In this document: piece after piece, positions 41,022 through 50,631 of the stretch
Numbering within the stretch: the stretch's first letter is position 1
Layout of the letters: each line of letters begins with the position of its first letter
NCBI GenBank assembly: GCA_963707655.1
Contig: OY970172.1
Span: 160,001-224,000 of the forward strand
Origin: an uncultured bacterium
GTDB lineage: Bacteria; Babelota; Babeliae; Babelales; Vermiphilaceae
DNA length: 64,000 bases
Direction of reading: 5' to 3'
Translations under genes and position numbers: made by a program
Notes under the pieces: model-generated
Databases searched by the model: none
What the model was told of the DNA's origin: nothing
Seen by the model: the letters and a program-made list of their open reading frames with translations, nothing else

Positions 41022-42757
41022 AATTTATTGAAGTTGCCGACTATTTTCAAAAGATTGAGCAAGAGAGCTCACGATTAAAAATTACTCATCTGTTAGGTGA
41101 ATTGTTTAAACAGGCTGACGCGCAAGAAATCTCTATCATCGCCAATCTCTCTTTGGGCCAACTGCATGCTCCTTATCTTGGCAAACAGTTTAACATGGCA
41201 GACAAAAATTTAATTAAAATTATTGCCGATCTGTTACACGAGACTGAACATACTATAGCCCAAGAGCTAAAATTGGTGGGAGATTTGGGTATTATCGTTG
41301 GCGCAGGCACCTGGCAAGCAAAAAAAGAATTATCGGTCAATGATGTCTATGTCGCATTAAATAGCATGCAACAAATCAGTGGGACAGGATCACAAGAAGA
41401 AAAAAGCATTTATTTGGTTGCGTTACTGAATGATCTCGATCCCCTGTCAGCAAAATATATTGTGCGTATTATTCTGGGCAAGCTGCGGCTTGGCTTTTCT
41501 GATATGACTATAATTGACGCTCTTTCTTGGATGGAAGCGGGCAATAAATCATTGCGCGGCATTATTGAAAATAGCTATAATATATCGGTTGATATTGGCT
41601 ATATTGCGCAAACGCTTAAAAGCAGCGGAGTCAAAGCACTGGAAAATATGCAGATTCGCATTGGTGTGCCTATTCGTCCCGCAGCGGCAGAGCGCTTGCC
41701 AACAGCGCGCGCAATTATAGAAAAATTAGGACCATCGATCGCGCAGCCCAAACTTGATGGCTTTCGTTTGCAAATTCACTTAAAAAAAACCGATAACAAA
41801 ACAGAAATTCATTTCTTTTCTCGCAACCTTCTTGATATGTCATACATGTTTCCTGATATAGCTCGGGCTATTGAAACATTGGATGTGCAAGAGCTCATTT
41901 GCGAAGGGGAAGCAATCGTCTATGACACTCATACCAATACGTTTTTGCCGTTTCAAGAAACGGTAAAAAGAAAACGTAAACATGGTATTGAGCAAGCGGC
42001 AGAAGAGTTTCCTCTGCGCGTTTTCATTTTTGATCTTCTCTATCTCAATGGCAAAGATTTCTTGAATAAAACACATGAAGAGCGCCGCACGCGACTGCTT
42101 TCTCTGTTCAAAGATTTTCCCAGCCAAGCAGTACAAGTTATTGGTGAACTACCGGTGAACACCGCTCAAGAGCTAGAAAATTATTTTGCTGCCAATATTG
42201 CAGCCGGACTTGAAGGGCTCGTAGTAAAACGGGCCGATGCAATTTACCAACCGGGAAAACGTAATTTTAACTGGATTAAATTAAAGCGCCAGGAAGAGGG
42301 CCACTTAGAAGATACCGTTGATTGTGTAATTCTTGGCTACTACGCGGGAGAAGGCAAACGAGCTAGTTTTGGCATAGGTGCATTTTTGGTTGGGCTGTAT
42401 CATCCGCAGCAAGATCGTTTTGAAACAATCGCAAAAATTGGTACCGGTCTTTCTGATGAGCAATGGATTGAATTAAAAAAGAAGTGTGATGCAATTATGG
42501 TGCACGACAAGCCGAAAAATGTGCTGGTAGGCAAAGAACTTGCGCCACATGTTTGGGTTGATCCGTCAATCGTCTGTATCATTCGTGCAGATGAAATTAC
42601 TATATCTCCGGCGCATACTGCCGGCAAAACGGAACATAAACTCGGGTATGCATTGCGCTTTCCCCGCTTTATGGGTTATCGCAGTGACAAAAGTGCCGAT
42701 GAAGCAACAACAATACACGAAATAGAGCGCATGTATCAGGACCAATTCAGAAAATAA
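41018..42757 (+). CDS. ATP-dependent DNA ligase (LigI/archaeal-like, with N-terminal DNA-binding domain)
   Basis: KLDGFRLQIH, CEGE, FDLLYLNG, EGLVVK, Y.PGKR..WIKLK, ALRFPRF..R.DK. Confidence 0.95.
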   Translation: MKFIEVADYFQKIEQESSRLKITHLLGELFKQADAQEISIIANLSLGQLHAPYLGKQFNMADKNLIKIIADLLHETEHTIAQELKLVGDLGIIVGAGTWQAKKELSVNDVYVALNSMQQISGTGSQEEKSIYLVALLNDLDPLSAKYIVRIILGKLRLGFSDMTIIDALSWMEAGNKSLRGIIENSYNISVDIGYIAQTLKSSGVKALENMQIRIGVPIRPAAAERLPTARAIIEKLGPSIAQPKLDGFRLQIHLKKTDNKTEIHFFSRNLLDMSYMFPDIARAIETLDVQELICEGEAIVYDTHTNTFLPFQETVKRKRKHGIEQAAEEFPLRVFIFDLLYLNGKDFLNKTHEERRTRLLSLFKDFPSQAVQVIGELPVNTAQELENYFAANIAAGLEGLVVKRADAIYQPGKRNFNWIKLKRQEEGHLEDTVDCVILGYYAGEGKRASFGIGAFLVGLYHPQQDRFETIAKIGTGLSDEQWIELKKKCDAIMVHDKPKNVLVGKELAPHVWVDPSIVCIIRADEITISPAHTAGKTEHKLGYALRFPRFMGYRSDKSADEATTIHEIERMYQDQFRK

Positions 42758-42788
42758 TGGCTTCTTTGCCTATTAATAGTATTACAAT

Positions 42789-42825
42789 AAAAAGCGGTCC
42801 TTTTTTTTAGAAAGAACCGCTTTTT
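42789..42825. terminator. Bidirectional terminator
   Basis: AAAAAGCGGT..ACCGCTTTTT. Confidence 0.8.
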
Positions 42826-42842
42826 ATTTTTTGGCTATTTTG

Positions 42843-43343
42843 TTATTGTTTGACTGCTTTTTCTATGGTATTAAAAGCGGTATCAACAACCACGTGGCAA
42901 ACGTATCGTAATGTTTGTCTGGCAGCAAATAATACTACTAATGCGTGGGGCATGTCTGCGTCTTTTTGTTCGTGCAAAGCATCATACGGTCTAGGAGACA
43001 GCAAGGCGTTGATCATTTTTTCAACGATTAATGTTTTTGCAGCTTCTCTACCTGTCGCTTTAAGTTGCTCAGCGGGTGTCTTGTTGCCATTGTCAACAAA
43101 CGTAGATGTTGCATTGCCGATTACTTCTATAGCTTCACTCTTATTTAATAGAGTATAACCTCGTATCGATATGAAAGGTGATGAGCGTTTCTGGAGGCCA
43201 ATTTTCAGGCCGTTTTTTATTACCCAACAGATTCTGTCGCTCGATTCAGGGGTTTCAGGAGCTGCGTTGATATCGTCACTCTCGCTTCCATTTATAAAAG
43301 AAATTACCATTAACAATGAAAGCATCAATTTAGAGAAATTCAC
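42843..43343 (-). CDS. Hypothetical secreted protein (paralog A)
   Basis: GTG start after AGGAG, signal peptide; shares AAKT...EK motif with 43634-44179. Confidence 0.75.
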   Translation of the reverse strand: MNFSKLMLSLLMVISFINGSESDDINAAPETPESSDRICWVIKNGLKIGLQKRSSPFISIRGYTLLNKSEAIEVIGNATSTFVDNGNKTPAEQLKATGREAAKTLIVEKMINALLSPRPYDALHEQKDADMPHALVVLFAARQTLRYVCHVVVDTAFNTIEKAVKQ

Positions 43344-43480
43344 GGAACTCCTATTAGAATAAAAAAATAATAAATTTTATATGTTATTGATCGCAACTCA
43401 ATTGTAATTTTAACAGATAGAGTTTTTTTGTAAAAATTATTTTTAAAACATGTGGTTGTGATACGTACAATGTGCCCGTT

Positions 43481-43539
43481 GAAGCAACAACAATACATGA
43501 AATAGAGCGCGCATGTATCAGGACCAGTTTAGAAAATAA
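43481..43539 (+). repeat. Displaced copy of DNA ligase 3' end (matches 42701-42757)
   Basis: GAAGCAACAACAATACAYGAAATAGAGCGC(GC)ATGTATCAGGACCARTTYAGAAAATAA, 780 nt downstream of the original. Confidence 0.95.
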
Positions 43540-43573
43540 AGCGCACAGAAAAATTTAATTCATTGTAGAGCAT

Positions 43574-43610
43574 AAAAAGAGGCAGTCTTTTTTACGAGAC
43601 TGCCTCTTTT
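43574..43610. terminator. Bidirectional terminator
   Basis: AAAAGAGGCAGTCT..AGACTGCCTCTTTT. Confidence 0.88.
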
Positions 43611-43633
43611 ATTATCCAGTTACTATGTCAGTA

Positions 43634-44179
43634 TTATGGTTTGTGATTGTGCTTTGCGGGGCAATATTTTGCTTCTACGCTATTGACCACGGTAGCAGCA
43701 ACGGCACGAGCACTGGTGGTGAGCGCCAAATTTGCAAGGTAGGCAGCGTTTGAATCACCTTGCAAGCATGCAGGAGTAGAGATGCCGGTCATTGCTTGTG
43801 TTTTAGCGATTGCAAATTTAATAAAAGCTACTACTTTTTCAGCTGCATAGGTTTTAGCCGCTTGTGCCACTACGGCGGTTGCTACCGCTTTAGGATCTTT
43901 GTTGCTTCTGTCGGCAGAGCTCAACTCATTGATAATCACAGCGCCAGCATCTGTTGCCACTGCTGCAACATCACTGCTATTTATTACGCTTATGCCTTTT
44001 ACGTTAAATTGTATTTTGTATTTTTTGTCTAGGAGTTGTTTGATGCCTTCTTTAGCAAACACATTCCGAGCTTCAGTAGCATAATTCGCGTCAAGATCAG
44101 CGCGTTTTATCGAGATTGCTGAGTTCGCAGAAGAAATGAGCATTAATAAAGAAAAGATAACAATTTTTGAAGATTTCAT
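43634..44179 (-). CDS. Hypothetical secreted Ala-rich protein (paralog B)
   Basis: Signal MKSSKIVIFSLLMLISSANSA; similarity to 42843-43343. Confidence 0.78.
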   Translation of the reverse strand: MKSSKIVIFSLLMLISSANSAISIKRADLDANYATEARNVFAKEGIKQLLDKKYKIQFNVKGISVINSSDVAAVATDAGAVIINELSSADRSNKDPKAVATAVVAQAAKTYAAEKVVAFIKFAIAKTQAMTGISTPACLQGDSNAAYLANLALTTSARAVAATVVNSVEAKYCPAKHNHKP

Positions 44180-44311
44180 ATGATTCCTTCATAAGAATGA
44201 AACTAAAAATATTACTTCATTGATTTGCATTGAAGTCAAAGCAAATCGGCATCACTCTAATACGGCTCATTAATTTTGTAAATGTTTTTGAAGATCGAGC
44301 CTCATTTTTTG

Positions 44312-45685
44312 CTATTTTTTGTATAGTTTTTTGGTCATAGCTGCCTGTTGAGCATGCTCAACGATTGGGCGCGGATAATGCGCAATTATAGGGCTTTTCG
44401 GTTTGTACCAGGTATGAATAACAGGAGGCGTTAGGAGATTTAATTCTGGCACCCATTTTTTTATATATGCACAATGAGCATCAAATTTTTTCTGCTGAAG
44501 CCACGGGTTGAAAATTCTAAAATAGGGCTGAGCATCACAACCGGTGGAGGAAACCCATTGCCAATTGCCATTATTCACTGCAGGGTCATAATCTATCAAT
44601 TTCTGTGCAAAATAGCGCTCGCCCCAGCGCCAGTCAATGTGTAAATCTTTGACCAAAAATGAGCCAACCACCATGCGAACTCGATTATGCATGTAGCCAG
44701 TGGCATTGAGTTCTCTCATGCCAGCGTCAACGAGAGGAAATCCTGTGGTTCCCGTGCACCAGGCAGTAAATTTTTTTGCATCATTTTCCCAGCGTAAATT
44801 GTTGTAATGTTGCTTAAATGCATGCCCAAACACACGGGGAAAATTAAAGGCTACGTGAGTAAAAAAATCACGCCAGTATAATGCGCGAATTAATTCATGA
44901 GATTTTCCCAACTGTTTGCATAAAGCGTGATACAGTTCACGGATAGAAACGGTACCAAATTTATTATGCGCAGATAGATGGGTTGTTGCGTCAAGTGCAG
45001 GAAATTCCCGCTCATGTGCATAATTTTTGTATTCTGCAAGACTTTTTACAATTTTCATCGCATTACTTCTGCCGCCAGGTATGGCATGTTTATTCTCAGA
45101 AGGGCAGATTTTTTTGTAGAGAGATTCAGGGCAAGCAAGCGCTATTTTTCCCGTATAAAAATGCATGGTAGCGGCCCTTTGCGGCTTGCGGACAGTCATA
45201 GCGCGTGTAGCATGTTTAAAAAAGGGAGTGAACATTAAATAGGGAGTATTGCTTTTTGTTTTTACTTCTTCGGGTTCATGGAGCAGGGCGTCAGCATACT
45301 GATGAAAAGTCACCGCATGCTCAGCGCATATTTTTTTAAGTGCAGCATCCCGCTCAATGCTAAAAGGCGTATAATCTCGATTACAAAAAACTGCTTCTAT
45401 TTTTTCTTGTTTGATCAAAGCAGCGACTATTTTTTCAGGATTGCCATCAAAAAGATAAAGATGTGCTTTGCGGTTTTTAAGCTGTTTATTTAAATCTTGC
45501 AGCGATTGGACCATGAATTGAATGCAGTTATCGCTCTTGTATTCATTTTCATTGCCCACTTGCCGGGGGTCAACTATAAAACAGGGAATAATTGATGCTG
45601 ATATTTTTGCCGCTTGCATAAGGGAAGTATTATCTTCAAGCCGAAGATCTCTTCTAAAGATGAAAAGTGATTTTTTATAACGCAT
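44312..45685 (-). CDS. phrB: Deoxyribodipyrimidine photolyase
   Basis: FRRDLRLEDN, WRDFF, TGFPLVDAGMREL..TGYMHNRVRM, DYDPAVNNGNWQW, RIFNP. Confidence 0.95.
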   Translation of the reverse strand: MRYKKSLFIFRRDLRLEDNTSLMQAAKISASIIPCFIVDPRQVGNENEYKSDNCIQFMVQSLQDLNKQLKNRKAHLYLFDGNPEKIVAALIKQEKIEAVFCNRDYTPFSIERDAALKKICAEHAVTFHQYADALLHEPEEVKTKSNTPYLMFTPFFKHATRAMTVRKPQRAATMHFYTGKIALACPESLYKKICPSENKHAIPGGRSNAMKIVKSLAEYKNYAHEREFPALDATTHLSAHNKFGTVSIRELYHALCKQLGKSHELIRALYWRDFFTHVAFNFPRVFGHAFKQHYNNLRWENDAKKFTAWCTGTTGFPLVDAGMRELNATGYMHNRVRMVVGSFLVKDLHIDWRWGERYFAQKLIDYDPAVNNGNWQWVSSTGCDAQPYFRIFNPWLQQKKFDAHCAYIKKWVPELNLLTPPVIHTWYKPKSPIIAHYPRPIVEHAQQAAMTKKLYKK

Positions 45686-45817
45686 AACACCACCCCTTTT
45701 TATAGCAGACCTGTTTTATTAGCATCATTGCATCGCATTACTATTTTTTCAAGAAATAGGTGGATGATTATGAGCCAAGTGCAGAAAATCTTTATTGGGC
45801 GCGCTTTTTTGAATTAT

Positions 45818-46582
45818 TTAGATGGTCAATAACCGTCGTCTGGATAAGGACTCAAAAGTGATGAAATCTTCATTGCGGAAATCTTCGGGGCAATCGTCTT
45901 CTGAAGAATCGAACGCTGAAGCATCCGCACTTACTATCGCTCGCGCGAGTGGATTTGGTACCGGTTCTATTGTTTTGAGATAGGCTTCGTGTGCCAGCTT
46001 AACTCTTTCCTGCGACTGATTAACGTAGTCTTGAAAACTGCTCGGCTTTAGAGTGACCGGCGGAATAGCAATATGGTTCTCTAAAGGAAATATATTTTTT
46101 GCCGCTTGGGTTCGTCTTTGGCATTGCAACTCTCTAGATTTTTTGATCCATTCTGTCCTTGATATTTCATTCCACCACCAAATTCGGCTGTTTAGTGCGC
46201 CAAGTTCGGTCATGATTTCTTGCGCATGGGGGCACGCCTGTAGTTTGGTTCGGCGTTCTTTTTCTTGTCCCTCTTGTGTGATACATTCGATAGTAATAAG
46301 TTTATCGTATTCTGCTCGAAGCCTATCGCGGTACGAAGTGAGATTTCTACCAATTTTTGCTTCGTTATCGATTATTATTTCTTCAGTAAGAAATTTTGCT
46401 TGCACTTTTCTAACGTAGGGTTTTTCCACCCCAAAGTACCATGCGCTATACACCAAGGAGCCCATACCAACAATGGCACCCGTGGCTATAGCCGTCTTAG
46501 ATGCATACCATGGCTGAATCTCTCCTGCTTGGGCTGATGCGAGCGCTAATAATCCACTTAAGGCGATTTTTTTTGTGTTCAT
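45818..46582 (-). CDS. Hypothetical exported protein
   Basis: Signal MNTKKIALSGLLALASAQA, a TM helix, then a charged helical region. Confidence 0.7.
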   Translation of the reverse strand: MNTKKIALSGLLALASAQAGEIQPWYASKTAIATGAIVGMGSLVYSAWYFGVEKPYVRKVQAKFLTEEIIIDNEAKIGRNLTSYRDRLRAEYDKLITIECITQEGQEKERRTKLQACPHAQEIMTELGALNSRIWWWNEISRTEWIKKSRELQCQRRTQAAKNIFPLENHIAIPPVTLKPSSFQDYVNQSQERVKLAHEAYLKTIEPVPNPLARAIVSADASAFDSSEDDCPEDFRNEDFITFESLSRRRLLTI

Positions 46583-46723
46583 GGCTGACCTCATTTTATA
46601 ACGTATTATTTTAACGTTTTTGAAGCATGCCACATTTTATCATATGTGTAAAATTGCAATAGAATATGAGGGCTGATGAGCAGAAAAGATAGGCTAAGAA
46701 AATCTTCTGTAGGTATATTTAAC

Positions 46724-47353
46724 TTAATGGTTTTTATTGCACAATTCATAATAATAGCGCGCTTCTTCTCGTGGATTTTCGCTGCCGGTAATGCCGCGGC
46801 CAATAACAATACCATGAGGTTTTAAAGAGAGGATCTGTTGAATGACATCTCGTTTTATTTTAGCAGAAATAAATATGGGCACCGAGGCATTGCCTTGTAC
46901 AAAATCCCAATGATCAAGAAAGGCTAAAGCATCTTTTTCATCAGCGGGCTGGTGCAGCAGAAGAGCGTCTACACCCAAGCTTTTTGCTTCCAGGGCTGAT
47001 TGTGCCGGAGAACTTGCATCCACTAAATCGAGCATTACTTTTTTGTTGGCATCATGTGCGCTCATGCAGGCAGCATGAATCACCTGGCGACTTGTGCCGG
47101 CCATGACGGTAATCCAATCAGCCCCGGCTGAAGTGAATATGTGTGCCGCTTCTTTTCCGCGATCAACAATTTTACTATCGGCCATAATAATTTTGTGGGG
47201 AAATTTTTCTTTAAATTGTGTTACTGCATGGTAACCATGATAATAAATAAGCAGAGTTCCTACTTCAAAAATATCGGCATAATCTTGTATTTGTTGCGCA
47301 ACAGCAAGGGCACGAGACAAATCAGTAGTATCAAAAGATATTTGAAGTTTCAT
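46724..47353 (-). CDS. OMP decarboxylase/HUMPS family protein (3-hexulose-6-phosphate synthase-like)
   Basis: MKLQISFD, EVGTLLI, ADSKIVDRG, GADWITV, VIGRGIT. Confidence 0.85.
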   Translation of the reverse strand: MKLQISFDTTDLSRALAVAQQIQDYADIFEVGTLLIYYHGYHAVTQFKEKFPHKIIMADSKIVDRGKEAAHIFTSAGADWITVMAGTSRQVIHAACMSAHDANKKVMLDLVDASSPAQSALEAKSLGVDALLLHQPADEKDALAFLDHWDFVQGNASVPIFISAKIKRDVIQQILSLKPHGIVIGRGITGSENPREEARYYYELCNKNH

Positions 47354-47377
47354 TTTTTCCTTTTTTATCGCCTATCA

Positions 47378-48088
47378 TTATAGCTTCATGAGGCTACGCA
47401 TATCTTTTTTATCAAGCTTATATTGTATCGATAGAGTGCCAAAAAATAGGTTTAAATTGAGCATATAAAGGGCCTCAGCTATTTTATTGATACCAGGCTT
47501 GACGTAGATATCAGGAAGCAATAGATGAGGGCTCGGGTTGGTCACGGTTGCTCCCAACGGAATATAGATATTTTCTGGGCGCGCAAGAATGGTAATAGAG
47601 GCGAGTGGTATAACATTGTCGACCGGTATGGGCGCTTCTTGAAGATCCCAATATAAAAGCCCTGTTTCATGATCTTCTTTTTGTTCGGCCAAGATTATTT
47701 TTACCGGCTCCCCTTTGTTGAGCTCCCAGTGATGAATAGTATTGCCAATCATCATGATTGGGGTAATTTCCGGCGTAACAATTAGATAGAGTCGGCTGCT
47801 TTGTTGTAAGCGAGGAAAGATAATGCGTCCATTGTAATCTGAAACGGAAATGTATCCGGCGTAGGTAGTAAAAATGCCCGATACGAATTTGCTCTCTTTT
47901 TGAAATGCTTGTAGGTGGTTGCCAACATTTAATGAATGATCTAGGTGTTGTTGGGCATTTTGTGCGATGACCGGATAAGGGCGAAAAGCAAGCGAGACAA
48001 CATGGGTTGCCTGCGCGGTACCGGCGACCATACATATGATGAGTACACTGTTTTTTATGAAATGATCATGAATGAATGTATATTGCAT
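47378..48088 (-). CDS. Hypothetical exported beta-rich protein
   Basis: Long ORF with a signal-like segment (VLIICMVAGTAQA); no family recognised. Confidence 0.65.
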   Translation of the reverse strand: MQYTFIHDHFIKNSVLIICMVAGTAQATHVVSLAFRPYPVIAQNAQQHLDHSLNVGNHLQAFQKESKFVSGIFTTYAGYISVSDYNGRIIFPRLQQSSRLYLIVTPEITPIMMIGNTIHHWELNKGEPVKIILAEQKEDHETGLLYWDLQEAPIPVDNVIPLASITILARPENIYIPLGATVTNPSPHLLLPDIYVKPGINKIAEALYMLNLNLFFGTLSIQYKLDKKDMRSLMKL

Positions 48089-48177
48089 GTTTCCAATTCT
48101 CAAAAGAGGAGTATACTGCTTCTACTTATGATGATAGCAGAGAGTTTTTTCTAAAATCTATGGTTCAAGGGCAAGAG

Positions 48178-48852
48178 ATGAATCTTATTGATCAATTAGG
48201 AAAAAAGGGGGAGCAGGCATGGCATCAATTATGCAAAAAATATCAACTAACTGTTGAGCAACAAGAGCAGTTTGCTCGTTATTTAGCGCTGTTGCGTACA
48301 TGGAATGAAAATATCAATCTTACCGCTATAGTTGAGCCGGCAACAATTATTACCCATCATTTTCAAGATTCTTTGGAAATGGGGACTTATATTAACATTG
48401 AAAATCTTACCAGTATTGCTGATGTCGGTTCCGGAGCCGGTTTTCCTGGCATTCCCTTAAAAATTAAATACCCCCATTTACGTATGGTTCTCATTGAAGT
48501 GACCGGCAAGAAAATCGCTTTTTTACGCATGGTCATACAAGAACTTGGTCTTACCGATGTTGAATTGTACACATTGGATTGGCGCACGTTCTTGCGCAAA
48601 ACAGATGATCAGATTGATCTTTTTGTGTCCCGTGCTTCATTGGCTCCTGCGGAATTAATACGTATGTTTAGGCCAAGCTCCCCTTACAAAGATTCATTTT
48701 TAGTCTATTGGGCTTCTAAAGATTGGCAGCGGGGAGAAGAAGAAGCTCCCTTTGAAAAACAAGAATATGCTTATCAGATAGGGATAAAAAAAAGAAGATT
48801 AATTATATTTGGTAATGCTGCATTGCCTGAAAATTTGTTAAAAAAAATATAG
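48178..48852 (+). CDS. rsmG: 16S rRNA G527 N7-methyltransferase
   Basis: WNENINLTAI, HFQDSL, DVGSGAGFPGIPL, KKIAFL, SRA. Confidence 0.93.
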   Translation: MNLIDQLGKKGEQAWHQLCKKYQLTVEQQEQFARYLALLRTWNENINLTAIVEPATIITHHFQDSLEMGTYINIENLTSIADVGSGAGFPGIPLKIKYPHLRMVLIEVTGKKIAFLRMVIQELGLTDVELYTLDWRTFLRKTDDQIDLFVSRASLAPAELIRMFRPSSPYKDSFLVYWASKDWQRGEEEAPFEKQEYAYQIGIKKRRLIIFGNAALPENLLKKI

Positions 48853-48924
48853 GAGAGTAAGATCAGGGAGGCAAATGCCTACCTTGAACCTATAGAACTT
48901 TTTAGCATTCAAAAGGAAAAACAT

Positions 48925-50325
48925 ATGAAAAGAGGATTGTTGGCAAGCTATGTAGCAGGATTGACTGACAGGGAGCACGGCGAAAGCTATCGCACTATGA
49001 TACGCTATTTTTTTCCTGAATTTATTACGTCATTTCTCCTTTATTCCATGCCCTTAATTTTAGATGTTATATTCATCAGCCATTTAAAATCGACGCCTAC
49101 GTACACCGCATTGGGAACTACCAATAATTTTATTCATTTTTTAATCAAAATGGCTGAAGCATTTTCTGTCGGTACCATGATATTATCGGGTCAATTTAAT
49201 GGGGTTAATAGCTTGCGCGATGTGGGACGATCATTGCGCGATGCATTTTGGAGCGCTTTTATTGTTGGCTTGGGTGCGGCTCTCGTTCTCTATTTTGGTG
49301 CAGCAACCATTCTGACTTGGTATGGGGCACATGAGCAGATTCTTCCTATCGCGGTTCCTTTTCTCCGCATTCGCGCTATAGGAGTTTTTTTTATGTTTAT
49401 TTTCTTTGCGCTCATTGGCTTTATGCGTGGCGTCAAAAACACAAAAACCCCCATGTTTCTTTTTATGTTTGGTGCCGCTACTTTTATTTTGTGTGATTAT
49501 CTGTTCATTTTCGGCAAATGGGGAATGCCTGCCCTTGGGTTGCAAGGCTCCGCCTACGCTACCATATGTCAGTATGTACTCATGCTTATTGTTGCTTTTG
49601 GCATTATTTTATCTGATCCCCTCTATCGTAAATATGGGATCGATCTTTTTAATATTTTTAGCGATACCACATACATCAAACAATTTTTGACGGTCACGTG
49701 GCCGGTTGCTCTGGATAAAGCAACCATTGCGTTTGCTTATATTTGGCTAGGGAAAATGATTGCAGGGATGGGGTTGAGTGCGCAAACTACTTTCTGTGCC
49801 ATTAAAGACATTGAGCGCTTTTCTTTTCTTCCCGCTATTGCATTTGCTCAAATTATAACTTTTTTGGTAAGCAATGATCTGGGCAAACAAAAGTGGCAGG
49901 CGATTAAAAGCAATATTAAAAAATCACTTTTTCTCGCGAGTTTTGTGATCGCCCTCTTGCTGATCTTTTGTTATACTTTTTTGGATACGATTATCTCATT
50001 TTTTGATTGTACGAAGGGGATTACTCCTGTCGTACGGCAGATATTTCCGATGGTGAGTATACTTGTTTTCTTTGACCTGCTACAATTAATCTTATCCGGC
50101 GCTTTGCGCGGTTCTGGCAATGTGCGCGTGGTTATGATGGTAAGATTAATGGTATGTATCTGCTACTTTGGCCCATTTTCATATATTCTTTCCCATCTGC
50201 CGATTCAGGATGAAACAGTGAAATTTATGTTGGTTTATGGATCGTTTTATATAGGCAACGCTTTAATGAGCTTGTTATATATTCAACGGTTTCGCGGCCA
50301 GGATTGGAAAACGCATTCAATATAG
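48925..50325 (+). CDS. MATE family efflux transporter
   Basis: About 12 TM, RGVKNTKTPM, GMPALGLQGSAYAT, GALRGSGN. Confidence 0.9.
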   Translation: MKRGLLASYVAGLTDREHGESYRTMIRYFFPEFITSFLLYSMPLILDVIFISHLKSTPTYTALGTTNNFIHFLIKMAEAFSVGTMILSGQFNGVNSLRDVGRSLRDAFWSAFIVGLGAALVLYFGAATILTWYGAHEQILPIAVPFLRIRAIGVFFMFIFFALIGFMRGVKNTKTPMFLFMFGAATFILCDYLFIFGKWGMPALGLQGSAYATICQYVLMLIVAFGIILSDPLYRKYGIDLFNIFSDTTYIKQFLTVTWPVALDKATIAFAYIWLGKMIAGMGLSAQTTFCAIKDIERFSFLPAIAFAQIITFLVSNDLGKQKWQAIKSNIKKSLFLASFVIALLLIFCYTFLDTIISFFDCTKGITPVVRQIFPMVSILVFFDLLQLILSGALRGSGNVRVVMMVRLMVCICYFGPFSYILSHLPIQDETVKFMLVYGSFYIGNALMSLLYIQRFRGQDWKTHSI

Positions 50326-50331
50326 GATATT

Positions 50332-50616
50332 ATGGCAATTATTTCTCGGGAAGAAGTTCTTAAACTTGCGCGTATGTCTAATCTTTCAATTCATGATAAT
50401 GAAGTTGAAGGGATTATGAAACAGATTGAAGATGTTCTTACGTATGCGGCGCGCGTGCAGGAAATTAAAGAAGATGTTACCCTTGCTGCAATGAAAAACA
50501 TTAATAGGGTTCGTGAAGATCTGGTTATTCCTACCGATCCTGCGCCACTTCTTGCACAGGCTCCTGAACAAGAAGCCAACTATTTTGTAGTTCCCGCTAT
50601 TCTAGAACATAAATAA
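50332..50616 (+). CDS. gatC: Asp/Glu-tRNA amidotransferase subunit C
   Basis: ISREEVLKLARMS.L, VRED, AP....YFVVPAI. Confidence 0.92.
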   Translation: MAIISREEVLKLARMSNLSIHDNEVEGIMKQIEDVLTYAARVQEIKEDVTLAAMKNINRVREDLVIPTDPAPLLAQAPEQEANYFVVPAILEHK

Positions 50617-50631
50617 AAGGTTTTTTTAACG

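Noticed and set aside
45760..45810. Possible relic of the HPS gene tail (KARPIKIFC vs EARYYYELC)
   Set aside because: Only three matching residues and no aligned stop; within chance
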